Assembly: GCA_030390025.1 (NCBI GenBank)
Contig: CM059432.1
Location: 20,214,001-20,278,000, forward strand
Origin: Squalus acanthias
Taxonomy: Eukaryota
Length of the DNA: 64,000 bases
Direction of reading: 5' to 3'
Position numbers and translations under genes: made by a program. Each line of letters opens with the position of its first letter. Positions within the stretch are counted from its first letter, which is position 1. The notes below the pieces were generated by a model. The model worked only from the letters and a program-made list of their open reading frames with translations. It searched no databases and was not told the DNA's origin. Below, piece after piece: positions 1 to 12,962 of the stretch.

Positions 1-106
1 GGGGAGTGGGACTAGCTGAAGTGCTCTTGCAGAGAGCTGGCACGGGCTCGACGGGCTGAATGGCCGCCCTTCTGTGCAGTAACCATTCTATGATTCTATT
101 CTATGA
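1..106 (+). mobile_element. CR1 LINE 3' end
   Basis: 3' UTR hairpin region and attctatg tail, as in other CR1 copies here. Confidence 0.8.
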
Positions 107-899
107 ATTAGTCTGCAACAGACCCAGAAAGAGGCAACAAAAACCTCAATGGTGCAAAGATTTGGCAAACATTGGTCCAAAGTCACCTGTTCCTCCCAAG
201 CATGCTACACTTACCACATATCATATTTCAAAATACTCATATACTGTATCCCAAAATGTTATTTTCTGAAATATGTACGAAAAATATTATTCAAACTTGG
301 AATATTCAGTTGATATGCTTTAAAGGGTATCAAACCAATCTTTGTCTTTTTTCCTAACAAACATACATAGCAACTGTACTGGATTTCTAGCGCACCAATC
401 TAAAGTTTATAATATATCCAATTTCGCTCACTTCTGTACCAGCTTACAACGAGCTAATCACCGCCGAACAACAACACAAACCTAAAAGCAATGAGTAACC
501 TTTTTTTTGTCAGAATCCTCACAGAGGAAGTCAGACACAGAGATGCATTAACTAATACTATGTTTACTGTGAACTAATACTGCGTTATTCACAGCATCGA
601 AATTAACTCATTTAATAGTACTGCAAAGCTAATCATTGAGAATTACAATAGGCACTACGTGCTTGACGCCTAATGCCCTCTGAAGTGGCCGAGGAAGCCA
701 CACAGTTGTACTTCAGGGCAATAAATGCAGACGTGCCAGTGGCACTTACACCCCGAGAGCAAAGGTAACAGTTTAAATCATTTAAGGCACAAATCTAATT
801 TAAATGTATCACAGTAGCCAAGTTCTCTCAGCTACAGTACAGCAGAGTTATGTTCATATATTTGAGATTATAGTACAGCGTAGCAAGATTAAATTTACA

Positions 900-1005
900 T
901 TAACTCTGTTTCTCCCTCCACAGATGCTGCCTGGCCTGCTGAGTGTTTCCAGCATTTTCTGTTTCTATTTCAGATTTCCAGCATCCGAGGTGTTTTGCTT
1001 TTGTT
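900..1005 (+). mobile_element. Penelope-like pLTR tail fragment (second family)
   Basis: Matches the 48173-48240 tail; 15-bp TSD aagattaaatttaca (885-899, 1006-1020). Confidence 0.8.
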
Positions 1006-1814
1006 AAGATTAAATTTACAGTTCATATTCAATGCGTCACGAACACGTTAACAGATTCAAATAAACAGACTGCCACTTTCTCGGTTGAGAACAAGCCTAT
1101 GACCCTCATCTTTCTGGTAGATTGGTTTCGTGGCACTGGCTGTTGGACATCCTCTGGGATGGTCATTTTACTTCTTCGGTCGCCTGCGGTGAATGGACAT
1201 CTGTGGTAATCATCACCTTTCTTCAGTCATCGCCTTCTCATCCTGGCTTAATGAACCTTGCGTGTGCATGCTTCTCTGACTTTTTTTTTACTGACAATTT
1301 ACTCTCGCACCATGCTCAAAGACTCGAGCCAGTAAATACATTTGCGATTCACTTCAGAAGTTTATTTCTGTCAGATTAAACTAAACGTTTCTTCATTTTA
1401 AAACTTTCATTCTTAACAGTTTCTTTCTGGCTTCTGCAGTGCTGTTTCAAAGTTACTTTACAACTTCTGCTTAACTTCCTGTCCTTTGAGACCTTAACAC
1501 TTTCTTTGAATGTCCTTCAATACTCTCTCTCTTCCTGTTCGACCTTTCTGTCCTTGCCCTTCTTTCTGTCTTTGAGGTGCGGAGAAGCTCGAGTTTATAC
1601 CTGAAATTCGACCGAGACAAGCCCACTTACAGGAGCAACATCTTTGTGACAAAATCAAAAGGATTAACTGTCACGTGGAATGTTTCCAAGGTGTCAATCA
1701 ACTTGCAGGCATGTGCCAAAAGTTATGATAGTTAAATTTCAAGTACCTTGATGAAGACCAGGGCCGTATAGTACCAGAAAAGACCATTGCTGTCCATTTG
1801 ACCAGCCCGAGTGT

Positions 1815-2429
1815 CTTTTTTTTTAATTCGTTTATGGGATCTGGGCGTCACTGGCAAGGCCAGCATTTATTACCCATCCCTAATTGCCCTCGAGAAGGTG
1901 GTGGTGAGCCGCCTTCTTGAACCGCTGCAGTCCATGTGGTGAAGGTACTCCCAACAGTGCTGTTAGGTAGGGAGTTCCAGGATTTTGACCCAGTGACGAT
2001 GAAGGATCGGCGATATGCTTCTAAGTCAGGATGGTGTGTAACTTGGAGGGGAACTTGGAGGTGGTGGTGTTCCCATGCGCCTGCTGCCCTTGTCCTTCTA
2101 GGTGGAAGAGGTCGCGGGTTTGGGAGGTGCTGCCGAAGAAGCCTTGGCGAGTTGCTGCAGTGCATCTTGTAGATGGTACACACTGCAGCCACGGTACGCC
2201 AGTGGTGGAGGGAGTGAATGTTTAAGGTGGTGGATGGGGTGCCAATCAAGCGGGTTGCTTTGTCCTGGATGGTGTCGAGCTTCTTGAGTGTTGTTCGAGC
2301 TGCACTCATCCAGCAAAGTGGAGAGTATTCCATCACACTCCTGACTTGTACCTTGTAGATGGTGGAAAGGCTTTGGGGAGTAATGAGGTGAGACACTCGC
2401 CGCAGAATACCCAGCCTCAGACCTGCTCT
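1815..2429 (-). mobile_element. Non-LTR retrotransposon 3' fragment (second LINE family, RT C-terminus, A tail)
   Basis: QSLSTIYKVQVRSVMEYSPLCW..LDTIQDKA; tail aataaatgctggccttgccag...A-run; sister copies at 11878, 52218 and 57445. Confidence 0.85.
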
Positions 2430-4522
2430 ACATAGATACATAGAAGATAGGAGCAGGAGTAGGCCATCCGGCCCTTCGAGCCTGCTCCGCCATTTAATGA
2501 GATCATGGCTGATCCTCCAATTCAGTATCCCATCCCCGCCTTCTCTCCGTAACCCTTAACCCCTTTCGCCTGTAGAAATATATCTAATTCCCTCTTAAAT
2601 ATATTTAATGAGCTGGCGTACACTGCCCTCTGTGGCAATGAGTTCCACAGGTTCACCACCCTCTGAGTGAAGAAATTCCCCCTCATTTTTGTCCTAAATG
2701 GTTTAGCCCTTATCCTTAAATTATGTCCTCTAGTTCTGTTCTCACCCGCCAAGGGAAACATTCCTTCTGCATCTAGTCTGTCTAGACCTGTCAGAATTTT
2801 ATACACTTCTATGAGGTCCCCTCTCAATCTTCTAAACTCCAGTGTGTACATCCCTAAACTACATAGTCTCTCCTCATAGGTCAATCCCGCCATTCCTGGT
2901 ATCAGCCTGGTGAATCGCCGCTGCACCCCCTCCATGGCAAGAACATCTTTCCTCAGATGAGGCGACCAAAACTGTACACAGTACTCGAGGTGTGGTCTCA
3001 CCAGTGCCCTGTACAGCTGCAGCAAGGTATCCCTGTTCCTGTATTCCAACCCTTTTGCATGAAGGCCAGCATACCGTTTGCCTTCTTGACCGCCTGATGC
3101 ACCTGCATGCTCGCCTTCAGTGACTGGTGTACAAGAACACCCAGGTCTCTCTGTACTTCCCCCTCTCCCAATTTATTGCCATTTAAATAATAATTTGCCC
3201 TCCCGTTCCTGCACCCAAGGTGGATAACTTCGCACTTGTCCACATTATAGTGCATCTGCCATTTATCCGCCCAATCACCCAGTCTGTCCAAATCGCTCTG
3301 GAGCTTCCTGGTCTCCTCCTCTGAGCCCACCCCCCCTCCTAGTTTAGTGTCGTCTGCAAATTTGGAAATGCTGCATCCAACTCCCTGATCCAGGTCATTA
3401 ATGTAAATTGTGAACAGCTGGGGACCCAGGACAGATCCCTGTGGTACCCCACTTGTTACTGCCTGCCATTCAGAAAATGAGCCGTTTATTCCAACTCTCT
3501 GTTTTCTATCTGACAGCCAGTTCTCTATCCACGTCAATACTTTCCCCTTTATCCCATGAGCTTCAATTTTCCATGCTAATCTTTTATGTGGGACCTTATC
3601 GAAGGCCTTTTGGAAGTCCAGGTACACCACATCTACTGGCTCTCCCCCATCTATTTTACCAGTTACTCCCTCAAAAAATTCCAATAGATTAGTCAAGCAC
3701 GATTTACCCTTTGTAAATCCATGTTGACTCTGTCCTATCCTGTCCCCATTTGCTAAGTGCTCCGCTATTTCATCCTTAATGATGGACTCCAGCATTTTGC
3801 CCACAACTGATGTAAGGCTTACAGGTCTGTAATTACCTGCTTTTTCCCTACCCCCCTTTTTGAATAGTGGGGTAACGTTAGCTACCCTCCAATCCATGGG
3901 CACTGTTCCCGAGTCTAATGAATTCTGAAAAATCATACTTAGTGCATCCGCTATCTCTAGGGCCACCTCCTTCAGTACCCTAGGATGCATGTTATCAGGC
4001 CCTGGGGATTTGTCCGCCTTCAATCCCTTTAGCTTCCTTAACACCATATCCTTAGAGATATTGATTTGCGTCAGTTCCTCCTTTGCCAATGTCCCTATTT
4101 TTCCCGATATCCCAGGGAGGTTTTTTGTGTCTTCCTTCGTAAAGACTGACCCAAAGTATGCATTTAGTTGGTCTGCCATTACCTTATTTCCCGTTATATA
4201 TTCCCCCGTATCTGACTGCAATGGACCAACTTTGGTTTTCACCAGTCTTTTCCTCTTGATATACTTATAAAAGCTTTTGGAGTTAGTTTTTATATTTTCC
4301 GCCAGCTTGCTTTCGTAAGCTATTTTGCCCCTCTTGATTAAGCCCTTTGTCCTCCTTTGCTCTATCTTAAACTGTTCCCAATCTTCCGTTCTGGCGCTTT
4401 TTTTGGCTATTTTATACGCCCTATCTTTGGATTTTATGCTGTCTCTAATTTCCCCTGTTATCCACGGTTGAGTCACCTTTTTAGATTTCCTTTTATGCCA
4501 GATTGGTATAAACAATTTTTGC
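2430..4522 (-). mobile_element. Young 5'-truncated CR1 LINE with the RT region nearly intact
   Basis: ORFs 2998-4548 and 2522-3049 join through one frameshift; [27 protein letters not shown] and KFADD motifs. Confidence 0.95.
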
Positions 4523-5465
4523 AATTTTGTCATTCTAACAACCATCATATGCCAAGATACCCGTCATATACCTCTATTAATTTTTTGGTCACGTTACATG
4601 CTCCAGCAAGCCATTTCTGACACTGAAAGCCTCCCTGTTAATTTCACAGTTGTTTATACAAACAAAATTATCTATCTCTTAGGTTTGCCATACTGTGTCT
4701 CCAGGCTTCATTAAGACATTTAGTGCCTGTCTATATAAATTCAAATTGTTGTCTGTGTCAGTCCTTTGTCTGAGCATCTCAGTGAGATTTTTGCTTTGCC
4801 AGTGTTCCAATATTAACCCTTTGAGATTTCAGTAGTGTGGTTCAGAGGGCCTCTTCCCTACACCATTCTCATCCAATATTGATATGCTAGTGTAGTAATG
4901 AGGAGTGGGAATACGAGTTGACTTTTTTCCCTCCTAATTTCAGTGGCGCTGAAAATCAAAATCAGCACAAAACCAAGATATTTCCTGTTCTCTACAGCTC
5001 CATGGATATCATCCACTCCCTTGACGGCCAATTCTGTTTTTATTTGAAGTCTTAGGAAGTGATCCAGCTTTGAAATGCAATATAAACTATGCTACAGAAA
5101 AAAAAAACATATGCAAAGTGAAGCGGAATGAAAATGGTATGCTGTTTAGTCAGGAAGCAAATGGTCTGTAGGCTTCACCAGGGCAGGTTTTCAATAAAGC
5201 AAATCAGATCTACATTTACCTCTCCTGCTAGCATGCTGCACTGTGGCTTGAAACAACACAAACCTAATCTGCAGTTACATCACATCACCACTACTGCAGC
5301 AGTTAAAAGTAGCCACAGGTTTTCCATTATTTAATCCATAATTCAATCTATAATTTGGCAATGCTAGTTCAGCGAGCAAGTTTAAGTCTGCACTTAAACT
5401 TCTGTATACAACGGACCGAGACCCAGGTGACTTTATTGTTACCTTTTTACACTTCCTCCTCTCCT

Positions 5466-5640
5466 GAACATAGGAACATGAGGAGCAGGCGTAGGCCATT
5501 CAGCCCCTGGAGCCTGCTCCACCATTCAATGAGATAATGGCTGATCTACACCTTAACTCCATTTTCATGCCTTTGCTCCATATCCCCTGATATCCTTGAC
5601 TAACAAAAATCTATCCATCTTGGTCTTGAAATCTCCACCG
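5466..5640 (-). mobile_element. CR1 3' end fragment
   Basis: gaacataggaacat tail and CR1 3' UTR. Confidence 0.7.
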
Positions 5641-5762
5641 TTTTTTTGGGGGTGGGGGGGCGGGGCAAGAGCTCCAGATTTATACTACTGAAGGTGCTGA
5701 TACTTGCTGAGCTACAATTCCACAGCTCCTGGTTGCCATCCAGTACCCGCCTTGAGTGGCCC

Positions 5763-6352
5763 TTCTTGCTACAACTGTACAGGGTATTGGTGAGACCACA
5801 CCTTGAGTACTGCGTACAGTTTTGGTCTCCTTATTTAAGGAAGGATATACTTGCATTGGAGGCAGTTCAGAGACGATTCACTCGGTTGACTCCTGAGATG
5901 AGGGGGTTGACTTATGAAGAAAGGTTGAGCAGGTTGGGCCTATACTCATTGGAATTTAGAAGAATGACAGGTGATCTTATTGAAACATATAAGATACTGA
6001 GGGGGCTCGACAAGATAGATGCAGAGAGGATGTTTCCCCTCATGGGGAAATCTAGAACTCGGGCATAGTTTCAGAATAAAGGGTCACCCTTTTAGAACTG
6101 AGATGAGGAGGAACTTCTTCTCTCAGAGGGTCGTAAATCTGTGGAATTCTCTGCCCCAGAGAGCTGTGGAGGCTGGGCCATTAAATACATTTAAGGTGGA
6201 GATGACAGATTTTTGCAAGATAAGGGAGTGAAGGGTTATGGGGAGCGGGCAGGGAAGTGGCTTTGAGCCCAAGATCAGCCGTGATCTTATTGAATGGCGG
6301 AGCAGGCTCGAGGGGCCAAGTGGCCTATTCCTGCTCCTATTTCTTATGTTCT
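5763..6352 (+). mobile_element. CR1 3' fragment
   Basis: [15 protein letters not shown]...FFSQRVVNLWNSLP; cttatgtt tail. Confidence 0.9.
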
Positions 6353-7984
6353 TCATGCATATGAATACCAGAGTTAAGATAAGGAACCATGAGGGAAAAC
6401 AAATCTTCTGAGGAACACCCCCGACTTCACAAAAGATAATGAACAGATAGAGAAATACTCCTGCATTATGTAACAGTGCAGCAGCTGAAGGAACACTGAT
6501 AATAAAATGAGGAAGTAGACATTCATTGGCTTCTAATATGATCAAAAGACATAAAGCTGAGTGCCTCGACCAAATGAAATTCAGAAATCTAACAATTTTT
6601 TTCTCCTTATTTCAACCCTGCTTTTTAAATCTCATCTGCTAAGCTGAAAATCTTGCTCTTGTTAACTCAGCCTTGAACCCGGTGACCAAACTAATTTCAA
6701 AGTCTGTATTGAAAGCCAACGAAAGTAGCTGAAGAGGCAACAATGCAGTCAGGATGCACACTGAGCAGCCTGCGAGTTCTACAGTCTCGCTGCATGCTGC
6801 AAAATGTCATTGTCTGTTCACAGGAGCACAATTTCAACTAGAGAACAGTCCCAAAAATATGGGGAGGGAAAGACAGAAAAGTTACTGGTTCACAAAGTAA
6901 GGGAAGAAATGATGCCAGTCAGTAATAGCTGGGGCAAGTGTCGGCTGATGCTCGGAACCAGAAAGTGCACTGCGATAAAGAAACTGAGTCTGACACAGCT
7001 GGAAGGCAATAATAGATGCCAGGAGCAAAGCGCACATTAATCTGATACCAATGTAAAAGAATATAGTACGTTTAGGATGTATCCTTCCGAGGTGAACCAA
7101 GCTAAGCTCAGCCCAACAGATCCAAAAACCATTGAGCTTAAGCCAATAATCCAACTGAAAAACCTGGCTCAGCAGCAATAAACTAAATGTACAGCACATC
7201 TAGAGCAAGCACTGCTGTTTCCTGAACTGGTCAGAATTGAGGCCAATGAGAGATTTACTTTGCAAGACCTGTTTTAGGGTCCCCTAAAGCATGTTTGCTG
7301 CCCTTGCTTTTTCAAATATGGTCACACCAGAACTGTAGCAATCAACTGAAAAGTTAAAAGATTCTAGAAAAACTCCACAATAATTTTTTTTTAAACTATA
7401 ATTTTATTACTTTTTCCCAGATGAATGTAATTGTATTTGGCAGGGGGGGGGGGGTGAAATTAGCAGAACAATTAAACCTTTAATCAGCACATTCACTTTC
7501 ATCTACAAGAAAACAAGATAACCATAGAGAGGCTCTGGTTATCAGACTTAGCCTCAGAAGGCTGCATTAAACAATTAATTTCAAACATAAACCTGAAAGC
7601 ATTGGTCATAATCAGGTGTTAATTAACAACTACCTTTAAAATAGATAATAATGGATGTTTGGCATGGAGTTGCAAGGCACTATTCAATCTCGGCGTTCTG
7701 ACGGTGTCACAACTCCACGAATGGGTTACAGACAACTCGAGGCTTTCTGCTTCAGTTTCGAAGCTTCTGGGCTCATTTGAATTAGCATTTGTTATTTGTT
7801 TCTTGCAGCAATACGTGGAAAAAATTAGCCACGATGCCCAATCGACTCAATCAGTAAATTTACTGCCCCGTGTGAAACTAAGTTATACAGAATGGGGGAG
7901 CGCCAGTGTGCAACTGAGTTCCGCAGACCAGGAAGTGTGGTAATGTGACATTGAGTTATACAGACCGGGAATGCGTCAGTGTCA

Positions 7985-8310
7985 AACTGATTCATATGGA
8001 ACAGGCAGGTAACCAGACTGTCCCTGGTCTGCGCTGAGTTAGCTGATCTCAGCCAGATGGAGATAGGGACCCTACAATTGGTCTCTGCATACTTGGCTGG
8101 GAGGGTGGGGGGGATGAGCACCGTTCCTTCTTTTGATTAATATCTAGTGACCGTCCTGGTAAATGAGTGTGTGAGGACATTTTGTAAGAAGAGTCAAGCT
8201 CAAAATTCACCACACGTGGAAGAATCCTCATTTGTCTGAGGGAATGGAGGATGTTCAGTTCCCACAGAACTGTACTCGAGCATGGGGCAGTGTCATCAGG
8301 AGAGGGGCAG
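7985..8310 (+). repeat. Old SINE-like interspersed repeat (motif ggtctgNNctgagttagNtNatctcagc); relatives near 33340, 48460 and 56930, and on the minus strand near 36960 and 54890
   Basis: Recurrent degenerate motifs seen by eye; family not named. Confidence 0.45.
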
Positions 8311-8527
8311 GGAAGAACACTGGACTGAAAACATCGCAAAATAATCTTTACAACAAACTTTTGAGCACAGCAAAACCAGGTGCGAGATGGTTGAGGGTTT
8401 TTTTTTTAAATATATGTTAGTGTGGAGATTGTGTTTTTCAAGCCTAAAGGCCAAAGAATGAGACATCTACAATAAGATCTGGAACTTTTCTTCATATTTA
8501 TTTTTGCCCAATGAAGATATAGAATCC

Positions 8528-9297
8528 AGGGGCGTGATCTTGCCAGCCCTGGGGAGGCAGGACTGCCGGGAAAATGGCAGAATCTGGGGGCGGGTACCCA
8601 TCCCGCCCCCAACCCGCCTCCGTGCCATCTTCCCGGGAGGCGGGTAGCAGGTAGTTCACAGTCAGTTAAGAGGATTATCCCCATTTTTCCAGCTGAGGCG
8701 CGGGCTTCCTGACATCGGGAAACCCCTCCAGGGTCAGCGAGGCGAGCAGTGGGTCTGCGGTGGTCGGAGGGGTGCAAAAGTGCGCTGTGAAGGTAAGTGA
8801 TGGGTGCAAGTGTGGAGAGGTAAGTATGTGAGGTGAGTGTAAAGTGATAGAAAATGTTTACTTACCTTTGTTTCTTCCTGCAGGCTTCAACCGTTGGCGA
8901 TGCGGAGAGTCTCGCATCTGACCGGCAGAGATGACAGATGGCTGCTGCATTCTCCGATGCAACAGCCATCTAATTTCTGCTCACAAAAGAGGTTTGATGA
9001 GTCTTGAATACAAGAACTCATCAAACAACAGAGAATGTCATTGTTTGGCAGCTTCACAGAGCTGTCAAACGATGACAATTCATCTGTCAAAAATTTTTGA
9101 CAGATGAAACATCATATGCTGACGTTCTCTGTAACCGGCTTCCCCTTAACTGGCCTGCTAAACCTGCTGGGCGGGCTTAACAAGGTCAATCAAGGGAAAA
9201 TAGCGTGGGTTGGCCGGATGTCGATGGAGGCGGGACTAAAACCCGACAAGCAGCAGTCCCGCCTCCAACGCGCCCCCATTGGCAAAATCGCGCCCCT
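8528..9297. mobile_element. PIF/Harbinger-like MITE with an internal hairpin array
   Basis: TIRs aggggcgtgatcttgcca / tggcaaaatcgcgcccct (2 mismatches); GC-rich subtermini. Confidence 0.7.
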
Positions 9298-10622
9298 CCC
9301 CCCCGGTCATTATAAATGTGGTCTTCTGTACATTTAATAAAAGGACAGATTCAAAGTATAACATAATTTGCACTGCGTGAGGCAGCAAGGATATTGCATA
9401 CACTTGAAACATATTGGCAATTCATAAAAGGAAAAACTGGAGTTGCTGTAAGTCAGAATAATGTCCTTTAAAGTCCAAAACCTTGATTTCAAATCCAATT
9501 CAATGATGGGATGAAAAGTGCTTCTCTGCCATTTGTAGGAATCCCAGAATGTAAGCAATCTCATCCCAATTCGGAGTAGAATCCAGCATAAAACATCCCA
9601 TAATTTTTACTAACCGGCATTAAATTGACAATCTTGTGAAGAGAAGCCACACGGATATCTAGCAACAGAACGATCACAATGGTGGAGCAGGGTGTTCTCA
9701 TCTTAGGTTACATTTCAAAGCACATTGTAGGGACACAGTCAGGTAGAAGTTGGTTTGCGGCCCATTTTTGGGGCCCAAAAATCGGCGAAATGCTGCAAGC
9801 GCGTGCCAGAAGCCGGAGGCCCGAAACTGGACATCAGGCCTTGTTTTCATAGCAGAGGCGAGCTGCCGCTGCCCGTCACGCCTCCAGAAGCAGCTCGCCT
9901 GAAGATCAGACGAAATTTGAACGTTGCCTCGCTTGCAGCGGCCCTTAGGTACGCCCTGGGGCCATGGCCTGAGGTCATCCACGACTATAGGTCAGTGCTA
10001 TTTCTTTTGCTCTTGGTATTTCCCATGTATGTTGAGGGGTAGAGGATAACATGAAGGAGCTGGGTTGCCACTGTATCTGGCCCATACCAATCTTATTCAC
10101 TGAGTACTATTCACCGTCAATAATTGGAAGAAGTGGAAGAGAAAAATAATTCAATTTCCACTCTCTCAGTTTTGATAAGAACATTTGCAGCAAACCAAAA
10201 TAAATGAATACTAATAAAAAGTTACTTCCCTTGGCCTAACCTATAGAACAATTCATTCATCTTTATTATGAGGTAATTGCATTTTGTCAGTCTGCCCCAA
10301 GCATAATCAGTTTGAACATATTAAAATAAGCAGCATTTCTATATTCAAGAATAGATTGTCCTCTATTTCAACCCTCAGCTCCATAGCTAAACGTCCTTGA
10401 CAAAAAAGACAAAATTAGTTTGAGGTTTCACATTATGATAGGATTAGGAAGTCTCAGTTACATCTGATGATCTTTCTCAGTCCAGTTTTACAGTGGTGAA
10501 TCGATGACCATTTTGTATGTGTCCATTATTCACAGATATAAAATTACACAACGCAGCTCGAGCATAACAGCAGACAAAGCCATTAGTCTTTTCATAAAAA
10601 TCTATATCAAAAAGTGACTCAC

Positions 10623-10692
10623 AGTCCATCTCTAAGCTCTTGCGTGTCATTAGGTGTCCCCAGAGCTTGCAAACTCTTCTCTAAGGAAGTCA
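10623..10692 (-). CDS. TSNARE1: t-SNARE domain-containing protein 1, next coding exon (70 nt, phase 1-2)
   Basis: Acceptor ccttttcctttgcag, donor gtgagt. Encodes VTSLEKSLQALGTPNDTQELRDGL (human approx. [24 protein letters not shown]), the syntaxin Habc region. Junction codon G|TG = Val. Confidence 0.92.
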
Positions 10693-11169
10693 CTGCAAAG
10701 GAAAAGGTGAGGATTAATGAGAATGAGAGGTCGAAGCATTGGCCTATTGAAAGGTCAGATTCTTCCAAGAAAACACAGCTTTTTTATTTTTGCATGATCC
10801 AGGAAAGATTTATTGATGCAATAAATTTGAAAGCAAGAGATTTTACATTTCCAATCTGATAACCAACAGTAATATTGCTAACCGTAGAAGATGGAGGGCA
10901 GAAGGCAAAGGTTGAAAAGTGGAGATGGATGAATATTCTAGTTTTGCTCGATTAAAATTGGTGATCAGGTAGTATTTATATGGAATTGAACTGCCTTGCT
11001 TTAACATTCCTATTACCAGCCCAGAAGGGATTTTTTTTTAAATAACACCCATCTCCCAATCCACAACGCATCCTAGCTAACATCATTATCCAAATCCTCA
11101 AAATTTCACTGTGTGTGTCATTATTCCAGTGGAAAGGAACTCTGTGTATTTCAAATATAGTCATATTAC

Positions 11170-11570
11170 TGGTTGTTTAGGGATGATTTAATTGAGGTGT
11201 TTAAGGTGATTAAAGGATTTGATAGGGTAGATCAAGACAAACTGGTTCCTCTGGTGAGGGACTCCGGAACAAAGGGGGCATAACCTTAAAATTAGAGGGA
11301 GGCAGTTCAGGGGTGATGTCAGGAAGCATTTCTTCACACAAAGGGTAGTGGAAATCTGGAACTCTCCCCCCAAAAGGTTGTTGAGGCTCGGTCAATTGAA
11401 AAACTCAAAACTAAAATTGATAACGTTTGTTAGGCAAGGGTTTTTAAGGGTTACGGACCCAAGGTGGGTAAATGGAGTTAAGATATAGATCAGCCATGAT
11501 CTAATTGAATGGTGGAACAGGCTTGAGGGGTTGAATGGTGGAACAGGCTTGAGGGGCTGAATGGCCTACT
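11170..11570 (+). mobile_element. CR1 3' fragment
   Basis: ttcttcacacaaagggtagtggaaatctggaactc; 26-bp tandem duplication in the 3' UTR. Confidence 0.8.
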
Positions 11571-11573
11571 TTT

Positions 11574-12962
11574 AACACAAATGCAAAATACTGCGGATTC
11601 TGGAAATATGAAATATAAACAGAAAATGCTGGAAAAACTCAGCAGGTCAGGCAGCATCTGTGGAGAGAGAAACAGAATTAACGTTTCAAGTCGATGATCT
11701 TTTGTCAGAACTGGAAAATGTTAAGAAATGTAACAGGTTTTAAGCAAGTACAGAGGCAGGGAAAGGGGGAGGGGAGGAAAGAACAAAAGGGAAGGTCTGT
11801 GATAGGGTGGAAGGCAGGAGCGATTAAATGACAAAAAGGATGATGGGGCAAGGCAAAACAAAGTAAATAAAGAGGGTTTTTTTTATTTGTTCATGGGATG
11901 TGAGCGTCGCTGACAAGGCCAGCATTTATTGCCCATCCCTAATTGCCTTTGAGAAGGTGGTGGTGAGCCGCCTTCTTGAACCGCTGCAGTCCGTGCAGTG
12001 AAGGTACTCCCACAGTGCTGTGAGGGAGGGAGTTCCAGGATTTTGACCCAGCGACGAAGAAGGATCGGCGATATACTTCCAAGTCAGGATGGTGTGTGAC
12101 TTGGAGGGGAACTTGGAGGTGGTGATGTTCCCATGCGCCTGCTGCCCTTGTCCTTCTAGGTGGTAGAGGCCGCGGGTTTGGGAGGTGCTGCCGAAGGAGC
12201 CTTGGCGAGTTGCTGCAGTGCATCTTGCAGATGGGTCTAGAGGAGCTGTAAATGGCAACGGCAGAATCATTACCAGCACCTGCTGTCCGAAAAAATGGGA
12301 GCAGTGGTTATGACCTGATATTGTTGAACTTTATGTTGAGGCTGGAAGGCTGTAGGAAAGTGCCTAACCTAAAGATGAGGTGCTGTTCCTCGAGCTTCAT
12401 TGAAACAGTGTAGGAGGCCAAGGACAGAGCGATCAGAGTGAGAGTGGGACAGAGAATTAAAATACTAAGCGACCGGAAGGTCAGGGTCACACTTGCGGAC
12501 TAAACGGAGGTGTTCAGCAAAGCGGTCACCCAATCTGCGTTTGGTTTCCCCAATGTAGAGAACACCGTGAGCAGTGAATACAGTATACTAAACTGAAAGA
12601 AGTACAAGTAAATCGCTGTTTCACCTGGAAGGAGTGTTTGGGGCCCTGGACAATGGGAAGGGAGGAGGTGAAAGGGCAGGAGTTGCATCCCCTGCACTTG
12701 CACAGGAAGGTGCCGGGCGAAGGGAGCGGGTGCTGATTGACGAGTGGACCAGGTAGTCGTGGAGGGAACAGTCCCTTTGGAATTCTGAAAGGGGAGGGGA
12801 GGGGAGGGGAAGATGTGTTTGGTGGTGGCATTGCGCTGGAGGTGGCAGAAGATGTTCCGTTGAATGTGGAGGCTGGTGGGATGGAAGCTGAGGACACGGA
12901 GAACCCTATCGTGGTTCTGGGAGGGAAGGGAAGGGGTGAGGGCAGAAATGCGGGAAATGAGG
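11574..12962 (-). mobile_element. Penelope-like element 3' fragment (second family), interrupted by a LINE
   Basis: Minus-strand peptides GPKHSFQVKQRFTCTS..LVYCIHCSRC and KLEEQHLIFRLGT match 45949-48240. Degenerate hammerhead at 11676-11712. Confidence 0.85.
11878..12233 (-). mobile_element. Second-family LINE 3' end nested in the Penelope element
   Basis: Near-identical to 1815-2175. Confidence 0.85.

Noticed and set aside
1040..1600. Purine-rich minus-strand region after a tttcag acceptor; possible terminal exon
   Set aside because: All frames stop within about 45 codons and none resembles the expected next TSNARE1 exon.
7775..7818. Minus-strand HVLLQETNN, similar to TSNARE1 H..QQETNK
   Set aside because: No AG acceptor in front and a stop follows almost immediately.
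8866..8970. Minus-strand peptide ending TVEACRKKQ before a gtaagt donor, Myb-like
   Set aside because: Upstream residues do not fit Myb/SANT and a stop precedes; the region is better explained by the hairpin array.
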